Shown: piece by piece, positions 53,730-64,000 of the stretch
Layout: the number at the start of each line of letters is the position of its first letter
Numbering within the stretch: the first letter of the stretch is position 1
DNA from: Eledone cirrhosa
Taxonomy: Eukaryota
Reading direction: 5' to 3'
DNA: 64,000 nt
NCBI GenBank assembly: GCA_964016885.1
Contig: OZ024742.1
Span: 163,184,001 to 163,248,000, forward strand
The notes under the pieces: model-generated
Databases searched by the model: none
What the model was told of the DNA's origin: nothing
The model's input: only the letters and a program-made list of their open reading frames with translations
Translations under genes and position numbers: made by a program

Positions 53730-56700
53730 TTTTACAAATTATCTCCCCCTGATTTTTTTACAAATTATCTCCCCTTGGCTGGCTGGAAATTATCTCCCCT
53801 TGGAGGCTGGAATTTATCTCCCCTTGGACGGCTAGAAATTACCTCTCCTTGGACGGCTGGAAAATATGTCCTTGGACGGCTGGATATTATCTACCCTTGG
53901 ACGGCTGGAAATTATCTCCCCTTGGACGGCTGGAAATTATCTCCCCTTGGACGGCTAGATATTACCTCCCCTTGGACGGCTGGAAATTATCTCCCCTTGA
54001 TTTTTTTTACAAATTATCTCCCCCTGATTTTTTTTTACAAATTATCTCCCCCTGATTTTTTTTTACAAATTATCTACCCCTGATTTTTTTTTACAAATTA
54101 TCTCCCCCTGATTTTTTTTACAAATTATCTCTCCCTGATCTTTTTTTACAAATTATCTCCCCCTGATTTTTTTTTACCAATTATCTACCCCTGATTTTTT
54201 TTTACAAATTATCTCCCCCTGATTTTTTTTACAAATTATCTCCCCCTGATTTTTTTTACAAATTATCTCCCCCTGATTTTTTTACAAATTATCTCCCCCC
54301 GATTTTTTTTACAAATTATATCCGCCTAATTTTTTTAAATATTATCTTCCCTTGGCTGGCGGGAAATTATCTCCCCTTGGACGGCTGAAAATTATCTCCC
54401 CTTGGACGGCTGGAAATTATCTCCCCTTGATTTTTTTACAAATTATCTCCCCCTGATTATTTTTTACAAATTATCTCCCCCTGATTTTTTTTTACAAATT
54501 ATCTACCTCTGATTTTTTTTACAAATTATCTCCCCTTGGCTGGCTGGAAATTATCTCCCCTTGGAGGCTGGAATTTATCTCCCCTTGGACGGTTAGAAAT
54601 TACCTCTCCTTGGACTGCTGGAAAATATGTCTCCTTGGACGGCTGGAAATTATCTCCCCTTGGACGGCTGGAAATTATCTCCCCTTGGACGGCTGGAAAT
54701 TATCTCTCCTCGGACGACTAGAAATTACCTCTCCTTGGACAGCTGAAAATTATCTCCCCTTGGACGGCTGGAAATTATCTCCCCTTGATTTTTTTTACAA
54801 ATTATCTCCCCCTGATTTTTTTTTACAAATTATCTCCCCCTGATTTTTTTTTACAAATTATCTCCCCCTGATTTTTTTTACAAATTATCTCCCCCTGATA
54901 TTTTTTACAAATTATCTCCCCCTGATTTTTTTACAAATTATCTCCCCTTGGCTGGCTGGAAATTATCTCCCCTTGGAGGCTGGAATTTATCTCCCCTTGG
55001 ACGGCTAGAAATTACCTCGCCTTGGACGGCTGGAAAATATGTCTCCTTGGACGGCTGGAAATTATCTCCCCTTGGACGGCTGGAAATTATCTCCCCTTGG
55101 ACGGCTGGAAATTATCTCCCCTTGGACGGCTAGATATTACCTCCCCTTGGACGGCTGGAAATTATCTCCCCTTGATTTTTTTTACAAATTATCTCCCCCT
55201 GATTTTTTTTTACAAATTATCTCCCCCTGATTTTTTTTTACGAAGTATCTCCCCCTGATTTTTTTTTACAAATTATCTCCGCCTGATTTTTTTTTTAAAA
55301 TTATCTCCCCTTGAACGGCTGGAAATTATCTCCCCTTGGACGGCTGGAAATTATCTCCCCTTGGACGGCTAGAAATTACCTCTCCTTGGACGGCTGAAAA
55401 TTATCTCCCCTTGGACGGCTGCAAATTATCTCCCCTTGATTTTTTAACAAATTATCTCCCCCTGATTTTTTTTTACAAATTATCTCCCCCTGATTTTTTT
55501 TTACAAATTATCTACGCCTAATTTTTTTTACAAATTATCTCCCCCTGATTTTTTTTTACAAATTATCTCCCCCTGATTTTTTTTACAAATTATCTCCCCC
55601 TGATTTTTTTTTACAAATTATTTCCCCCTGATTTTTTTACAAATTATCTCCCCCCTGATTTTTTTTACAATCTCCGCCTGATTTTTTTAAAAATTATCTT
55701 CCCTTGGCTGGCGGGAAATTATCTCCCCTTGGACGGCTGGAAATTATATCCCCTTGGAAGGATGGAAATTATCTCCCCTTGGACGGCTGGAAATTATCTC
55801 CCCTTGGACGGCTGGAAATTATCTCCCCTTGGACAGCTGGAAATTATCTGCCCTTGATTTTGTTTTTACAAATTATCTCCCCCTGATTTTTTTTACAAAT
55901 TATCTCCACCTGATTTTTTAAAAAATTATCTCCCCTTGGACGGCTGGAAATTATCTCCCCTTGATTTTTTTTACAAATTATCTCCCCCTGATTTTTTTTT
56001 ACAAATTATCTCCCCCTGATTTTTTTTTACAAATTATCTCCCCCTGATTTTTTTTTACAAATTATCTCACCCTGATTTTTTTTACAAATTATCAGTCCCT
56101 GATTTTTTTACAAATTATCTCCCCTTGGCTGGCTGGAAATTATCTCCCCTTGGAGGCTGGAATTTATCTCCCCTTGGACGGCTAGAAATTACCTCTCCTT
56201 GGACGGCTGGAAAATATGTCTCCTTGGACGGCTGGATATTATCTACCCTTGGACGGCTGGAAATTATCTCCCCTTGGACGGCTGGAAATTATCTCCTCTT
56301 GGACGGCTAGATATTACCTCCCCTTGGACGGCTGGAAATTATCTCCCCTTGATTTTTTTACAAATTATCTCCCCCTGATTTTTTTACAAATTATCTCCCC
56401 CTGATTTTTTTTACAAATTATCTCCGCCTAATTTTTTTAAATATTATCTTCCCTTGGCTGGCGGGAAATTATCTCCCCTTGGACGGCTGAAAATTATCTC
56501 CCCTTGGACGGCTGGAAATTATCTCCCCTTGATTTTTTTTACAAATTATCTCCCCCTGATTTTTTTTTACAAATTATCTCCCCCTGATTTTTTTTACAAA
56601 TTATCTCCCCCTGATTTTTTTTACAAATTATCTCCCCTTGGCTGGCTGGAAATTATCTCCCCTTGGAGGCTGGAATTTATCTCCCCTTGGAAGGCTAGAA

Positions 56701-59700
56701 ATTACCTCTCCTTGGACGGCTGGAAAATATGTCCTTGGACGGCTGGATATTATCTACCCTTGGACGGCTGGAAATTATCTCCCCTTGGACGGCTGGAAAT
56801 TATCTCCCCTTGGACGGCTAGATATTACCTCCCCTTGGACGGCTGGAAATTATCTCCCCTTGATTTTTTTTACAAATTATCTCCCCCTGATTTTTTTTTA
56901 CAAATTATCTCCCCCTGATTTTTTTTTACAAATTATCTCCCCCTGATTTTTTTTTACAAATTATCTACCCCTGATTTTTTTTTACAAATTATCTCCCCCT
57001 GATTTTTTTTACAAATTATCTCCGCCTGATTTTTTTTTACAAATTATCTCCCCTTGATTTTTTTTTACAAATTATCTACCCCTAATTTTTTTTACAAATT
57101 ATCTCCCCCTGATTTTTTTTACAAATTATCTCCCCCTGATTTTGTTTACAAATTATCTCCCCCTGATTTTTTTACAAATTATCTCCCCCTGATTTTTTTT
57201 ACAAATTATCTCCGCCTAATTTTTTTAAATATTATCTTCCCTTGGCTGGCGGGAAATTATCTCCCCTTGGACGGCTGAAAATTATCTCCCCTTGGACGGC
57301 TGGAAATTATCTCCCCTTGATTTTTTTTACAAATTATCTCCCCCTGATTATTTTTTACAAATTATCTCCCCCTGATTTTTTTTTACAAATTATCTCCCCC
57401 TGATTTTTTTTACAAATTATCTCCCCCTGATTTTTTTACAAATTATCTCCCCTTGGCTGGCTGGAAATTATCTCCCCTTGGAGGCTGGAATTTATCTCCC
57501 CTTGGACGGTTAGAAATTACCTCTCCTTGGACGGCTGGAAAATATGTCTCCTTGGACGGCTGGAAATTATCGCCCCTTGGACGGCTGGAAATTATCTCCC
57601 CTTGGACGGCTGGAAATTATCTCTCCTCGGACGGCTAGAAATTACCTCTCCTTGGACAGCTGAAAATTATCTCCCCTTGGACGGCTGGAAATTATCTCCC
57701 CTTGATTTTTTTTACAAATTATCTCCCCCTGATTTTTTTTTACAAATTATCTCCCCCTGATTTTTTTTTACAAATTATCTCCCCCTGATTTTTTTTTACA
57801 AATTATCTCCCCCTGATATTTTTTACAAATTATCTCCCCCTGATTTTTTTACAAATTATCTCCCCTTGGCTGGCTGGAAATTATCTCCCCTTGGAGGCTG
57901 GAATTTATCTCCCCTTGGACGGCTAGAAATTACCTCGCCTTGGACGGCTGGAAAATATGTCTCCTTGGACGGCTGGAAATTATCTCCCCTTGGACGGCTG
58001 GAAATTATCTCCCCTTGGACGGCTGGAAATTATCTCCCCTTGGACGGCTAGATATTACCTCCCCTTGGACGGCTGGAAATTATCTCCCCTTGATTTTTTT
58101 TACAAATTATCTACCCCTGATTTTTTTTTACAAATTATCTCCCCCTGATTTTTTTTTACGAATTATCTCCCCCCGATTTTTTTTTACAAATTATCTCCGC
58201 CTGATTTTTTTTAAAAAATTATCTCCCCTTGAACGGCTGGAAATTATCTCCCCTTGGACGGCTGGAAATTATCTCCCCTTGGACGGCTAGAAATTACCTC
58301 TCCTTGGACGGCTGAAAATTATCTCCCCTTGGACGGCTGCAAATTATCTCCCCTTGATTTTTTAACAAATTATCTCCCCCTGATTTTTTTTTACAAATTA
58401 TCTCCCCCTGATTTTTTTTTACAAATTATCTCCCCCTGATTTTTTTTTACAAATTATCTCCCCCTGATTTTTTTACAAATTATCTCCCCCTGATTTTTTT
58501 TACAATCTCCGCCTGATTTTTTAAAAAATTATCTTCCCTTGGCTGGCGGGAAATTATCTCCCCTTGGACGGCTGGAAATTATATCCCCTTGGAAGGATGG
58601 AAATTATCTCCCCTTGGACGGCTGGAAATTATCTCCCCTTGGACGGCTGGAAATTATCTCCCCTTGGACAGCTGGAAATTATCTGCCCTTGATTTTGTTT
58701 TTACAAATTATCTCCCCCTGATTTTTTTTACAAATTATCTCCACCTGATTTTTAAAAAAATTATCTCCCCTTGGACGGCTGGAAGTTATCTCCCCTTGAT
58801 TTTTTTACAAATTATCTCCCCCTGATTTTTTTTACAAATTATCTCCCCCTGATTTTTTGTTACAAATTATCTCCCCCTGATTTTTTTACAAATTATCTCC
58901 CCCTGATTTTTTTTACAAATTATCTCCCCCTGATTTTTTTAAATATTATCTTCCCTTGGCTGGCGGGAAATTATCTCCCCTTGGACGGCTGAAAATTATC
59001 TCCCCTTGGACGGCTGGAAATTATATCCCCTTGATTTTTTTTACAAATTATCTCCCCCTGATTTTTTTTTACAAATTATCTCCCCCTGATTTTTTTTTAC
59101 AAATTATCTCCCCCTGATTTTTTTTTAAAAATTACCTCCACCTGATTTTTTTTTACAAATTATCTCCCCCTGATTTTTTTACAAATTATCTCCCCTTGGC
59201 TGGCAGGAAATTATCTCCCCTTGGAGGCTGGAATTTATCTCCCCTTGGACGGTTAGAAATTACCTCTCCTTGGAGGGCTGGAAAATATGTCTCCTTGGAC
59301 GGCTGGATATTATCTACCCTTGGACGGCTGGAAATTATCTCCCCTTGGACGGCTGGAAATTATCTCCCCTTGGACGGCTAGATATTACCTCCCCTTGGAC
59401 GGCTGGAAATTATCTCCCCTTGATTTTTTTTACAAATTATCTCCCCCTGATTTTTTTTTACGAATTATCTCCCCCTGATTTTTTTTTACAAATTATCTCC
59501 GCCTGATTTTTTTTTTTAAATTATCTCCCCTTGAACGGCTGGAAATTATCTCCCCTTGGACGGCTGGAAATTATCTCCCCTTGGACGGCTAGAAATTACC
59601 TCTCCTTGGACGGCTGAAAATTATCTCCCCTTGGACGGCTGCAAATTATCTCCCCTTGATTTTTTTAACAAATTATCTCCCCCTGATTTTTTTTTACAAA

Positions 59701-62700
59701 TTATCTCCCCCTGATTTTTTTTTACAAATTATCTACGCCTAATTTTTTTTACAAATTATCTCCCCCTGATTTTTTTTTACAAATTATCTCCCCCTGATTT
59801 TTTTTACAAATTATCTCCCCCTGATTTTTTTTTACAAATTATCTCCCCCTGCTTTTTTTACAAATTATCTCCCCCCTGATTATTTTTACAATCTCCGCCT
59901 GATTTTTTTTAAAATTATCTTCCCTTGGCTGGCGGGAAATTATCTCCCCTTGGACGGCTGGAAATTATATCCCCTTGGAAGGATGGAAATTATCTCCCCT
60001 TGGACGGCTGGAAATTATCTCCCCTTGGACGGCTGGAAATTACCTCCCCTTGGACAGCTGGAAATTATCTGCCCTTGATTTTGTTTTTACAAATTATCTC
60101 CCCCTGATTTTTTTTACAAATTATCTCCACCTGATTTTTTAAAAAATTATCTCCCCTTGGACGGCTGGAAATTATCTCCCCTTGATTTTTTTACAAATTA
60201 TCTCCCCCTGATTTTTTTTACAAATTATCTCCCCCTGATTTTTTTTTTACAAATTATCTCCCCCTGATTTTTTTACAAATTATCTCCCCCTGATTTTTTT
60301 TACAAATTATCTCCGCCTGATTTTTTTAAATATTATCTTCCCTTGGCTGGCGGGAAATTATCTCCCCTTGGAAGGCTGAAAATTATCTCCCCTTGGACGG
60401 CTGGAAATTATCTCCCCTTGATTTTTTTACAAATTATCTCCCCCTGATTTTTTTTTACAAATTATCTCCCCCTGATTTTTTTTTACAAATTATCTCCCCC
60501 TGATTTTTTTTTACAAATTATCTGCCCCTGATTTTTTTTACAAATTATCTCCCCCTGATTTTTTTACAAATTATCTCCCCTTGGCTGGTTGGAAATTATC
60601 TCCCCTTGGAGGCTGGAATTTATCTCCCCTTGGACGGCTAGAAATTACCTCTCCTTGGACGGCTGGAAAATATTTCTCCTTGGACGGCTGGATATTATCT
60701 ACCCTTGGACGGGTGGAAATTATCTCCCCTTGGACGGCTGGAAATTATCTCCCCTTGGACGGCTAGATATTACCTCCCCTTGGACGGCTGGAAATTATCT
60801 CCCCTTGATTTTTTTTACAAATTATCTCCCCCTGATTTTATTTTACAAATTATCTCCCCCTGATTTTTTTTACAAATTATCTCCCCCTGATATTTTTTAC
60901 AAATTATCTCCCCCTGATTTTTTTACAAATTATCTCCCCTTGGCTGGCTGGAAATTATCTCCCCTTGGACGGCTAGATATTACCTCCCCTTGGACGGCTG
61001 GAAATTATCTCCCCTTGATTTTTTTTACAAATTACCTCCCCCTGATTTTTTTTTACAAATTATCTCCCCCTGATTTTTTTTTACAAATTATCTACCCCTG
61101 ATTTTTTTTTACAAATTATCTCCCCCTAATTTTTTTACAAATTATCTCTCCCTGATTTTTTTTTACAAATTATCTCCCCCTGATTTTTTTTTACAAATTA
61201 TCTACCCCTGATTTTTTTTTACAAATTATCTCCCCCTGATTTTTTTTACAAATTATCTCCCCCTGATTTTTTTTACAAATTATCTCCCCCTGATTTTTTT
61301 ACAAATTATCTCCCCCCGATTTTTTTTACAAATTATCTCCCCTTGGCTGGCTGGAAATTATCTCCCCTTGGAGGCTGGAATTTATCTCCCCTTGGACGGT
61401 TAGAAATTACCTCTCCTTGGACGGCTGGAAAATATGTCTCCTTGGACGGCTGGAAATTATCTCCCCTGGGACGGCTGGAAATTATCTCCCCTTGGACGGC
61501 TGGAAATTATCTCTCCTCGGACGACTAGAAATTACCTCTCCTTGGACAGCTGAAAATTATCTCCCCTTGGACGGCTGGAAATTATCTCCCCCTGATTTTT
61601 TTTTACAAATTATCTCCCCCTGATTTTTATTTTACAAATTATCTCCCCCTGATTTTTTTTACAAATTATCTCCCCCTGATATTTTTTACAAATTATCTCC
61701 CCCTGATTTTTTTAAAAATTATCTCCCCTTGGCTGGCTGGAAATTATCTCCCCTTGGAGGCTGGAATTTATCTCCCCTTGGACGGCTAGAAATTACCTCG
61801 CCTTGGACGGCTGGAAATTATCTCCCCTTGGAAGGCTGAAAATTATCTCCCCTTGGACGGCTGGAAATTATCTCCCCTTGATTTTTTTACAAATTATCTC
61901 CCCCTGATTTTTTTTTACAAATTATCTCCCCCTGATTTTTTTTACAAATTATCTCCCCCTGATTTTTTTTTACAAATTATCTGCCCCTGATTTTTTTTAC
62001 AAATTATCTCCCCCTGATTTTTTTACAAATTATCTCCCCTTGGCTGGCTGGAAATTATCTCCCCTTGGAGGCTGGAATTTATCTCCCCTTGGACGGCTAG
62101 AAATTACCTCTCCTTGGACGGCTGGAAAATATTTCTCCTTGGACGGCTGGATATTATCTACCCTTGGACGGGTGGAAATTATCTCCCCTTGGACGGCTGG
62201 AAATTATCTCCCCTTGGACGGCTAGATATTACCTCCCCTTGGACGGCTGGAAATTATCTCCCCTTGATTTTTTTTACAAATTATCTCCCCCTGATTTTAT
62301 TTTACAAATTATCTCCCCCTGATTTTTTTTACAAATTATCTCCCCCTGATATTTTTTACAAATTATCTCCCCCTGATTTTTTTACAAATTATCTCCCCTT
62401 GGCTGGCTGGAAATTATCTCCCCTTGGACGGCTAGATATTACCTCCCCTTGGACGGCTGGAAATTATCTCCCCTTGATTTTTTTTACAAATTATCTCCCC
62501 CTGATTTTTTTTTACAAATTATCTCCCCCTGATTTTTTTTTACAAATTATCTACCCCTGATTTTTTTTTACAAATTATCTCCCCCTGATTTTTTTACAAA
62601 TTATCTCTCCCTGATTTTTTTTTACAAATTATCTCCCCCTGATTTTTTTTTACAAATTATCTACCCCTGATTTTTTTTTACAAATTATCTCCCCCTGATT

Positions 62701-64000
62701 TTTTTTACAAATTATCTCCCCCTGATTTTTTTTACAAATTATCTCCCCCTGATTTTTTTACAAATTATCTCCCCCCGATTTTTTTTACAAATTATCTCCC
62801 CTTGGCTGGCTGGAAATTATCTCCCCTTGGAGGCTGGAATTTATCTCCCCTTGGACGGTTAGAAATTACCTCTCCTTGGACGGCTGGAAAATATGTCTCC
62901 TTGGACGGCTGGAAATTATCTCCCCTGGGACGGCTGGAAATTATCTCCCCTTGGACGGCTGGAAATTATCTCTCCTCGGACGACTAGAAATTACCTCTCC
63001 TTGGACAGCTGAAAATTATCTCCCCTTGGACGGCTGGAAATTATCTCCCCCTGATTTTTTTTTACAAATTATCTCCCCCTGATTTTTATTTTACAAATTA
63101 TCTCCCCCTGATTTTTTTTACAAATTATCTCCCCCTGATATTTTTTACAAATTATCTCCCCCTGATTTTTTTACAAATTATCTCCCCTTGGCTGGCTGGA
63201 AATTATCTCCCCTTGGAGGCTGGAATTTATCTCCCCTTGGACGGCTAGAAATTACCTCGCCTTGGACGGCTGGAAAATATGTCTCCTTGGACGGCTGGAA
63301 ATTATCTCCCCTTGGACGGCTGGAAATTATCTCCCCTTGGACGGCTGGATATTATCTACCCTTGGACGGCTAGATATTACCTCCCCTTGGACGGCTGGAA
63401 ATTATCTCCCCTTGATTTTTTTTACAAATTATCTCCCCCTGATTTTTTTTTACAAATTATCTCCCCCTGATTTTTTTTTACAAATTATCTACCCCTGATT
63501 TTTTTTACAAATTATCTCCCCCTGATTTTTTTTACAAATTATCTCTCCCTGATTTTTTTTTACAAATTATCTCCCCCTGATTTTTTTTTACAAATTATCT
63601 ACGCCTGATTTTTTTTTACAAATTATCTCCCCCTGATTTTTTTTACAAATTATCTCCCCCTGATTTTTTTACAAATTATCTCCCCCCGATTTTTTTTACA
63701 AATTATCTCCGCCTAATTTTTTTAAATATTATCTTGCCTTGGCTGGCGGGAAATTATCTCCCCTTGGACGGCTGGAAATTATCTCCCCTTGGACGGCTGG
63801 AAATTATCTCTCCTCGGACGACTAGAAATTACCTCTCCTTGGACAGCTGAAAATTATCTCCCCTTGGACGGCTGGAAATTATCTCCCCTTGATTTTTTTT
63901 ACAAATTATCTCCCCCTGATTTTTTTTTACAAATTATCTCCCCCTGATTTTTTTTTACAAATTATCTCCCCCTGATTTTTTTTACAAATTATCTCCCCCT
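53730..64000 (+). repeat. Long-range copy of the window start: ~53730-60520 matches ~1205-7970 (offset 52,525-52,554) and ~60520-64000 matches ~14730-18209 (offset ~45,791)
   Basis: Pairs are 1250/53775, 2011/54536, 4899/57453, 7371/59925, then 14789/60581, 16249/62040 and 17397/63188. ATCAGTCCC recurs at ~56091. The 1,460-bp duplication recurs at ~60353-63271. Confidence 0.92.

Larger units (their letters stand above)
1..64000 (+). repeat. Composite two-monomer tandem satellite array (25-bp type A and 26-29-bp type B sharing the core AAATTATCTCCCC), extending beyond both window edges
   Basis: The core recurs every ~24-29 bp from the first line to the last, always in the same orientation. 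I saw no unique sequence or inversion. 64000/~26.5 gives about 2,400 monomers (estimate). Confidence 0.99.

Noticed and set aside
2-63498. The many 60-199-aa plus-strand ORFs (WKLSPLGRLEIISPWTAGNYLPLDG / FFYKLSPPD repeats)
   Set aside because: Monomer A has no stop codon in any frame and its 25-bp length rotates the frame, so the same peptide appears in all three overlapping frames. Most starts are TTG. T-tract length changes shift frames freely, and no domain or codon-level constraint is visible.
1-64000. CRISPR-like repeat-spacer reading (constant core plus variable tail)
   Set aside because: The core is only 13 bp, the tails are 11-16 bp and of just two recurring types rather than unique spacers, and there is no leader or cas gene.
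1-64000. Telomerase-synthesised long telomeric repeat (like the 25-bp Kluyveromyces lactis unit)
   Set aside because: Two monomer types, inherited position-specific variants and multi-kb exact duplications indicate recombination or replication-based amplification, not copying of one RNA template.
1-64000. Embedded transposon, inversion or unique island
   Set aside because: On reading through I found no stretch departing from the A/B monomers and no reverse-orientation core (GGGGAGATAATTT) on the plus strand. Very small insertions could have been missed by eye.

Overview
The whole 64-kb window is one uninterrupted, single-orientation tandem satellite array of roughly 2,400 monomers. I can support no protein-coding gene, RNA gene, transposon or CRISPR array. 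Every monomer has the same 13-bp core, AAATTATCTCCCC, followed by one of two unrelated tails. Type A is core+TTGGACGGCTGG (25 bp, 52% GC). Type B is core+CTGA(T)7-10AC (mostly 26-29 bp, about 30% GC). A and B occur in alternating runs that follow a stereotyped grammar of position-specific variants. These runs form a recurrent ~1.4-kb cassette, which is overlaid by nested near-identical duplications with periods of 189 bp, 1,460 bp, 4,685 bp, ~7.2/6.8 kb, ~7.6 kb, ~11.3 kb and 45.8/52.5 kb. Periods were read from constant offsets in the supplied ORF track and spot-checked against diagnostic variants. Shared and private variants allow the duplications to be partly ordered in time. All ORFs in the track are artefacts of a stop-free 25-bp monomer. 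The organism and chromosomal location (centromeric, pericentromeric or subtelomeric) cannot be determined from the sequence, and the functional ideas below are hypotheses.
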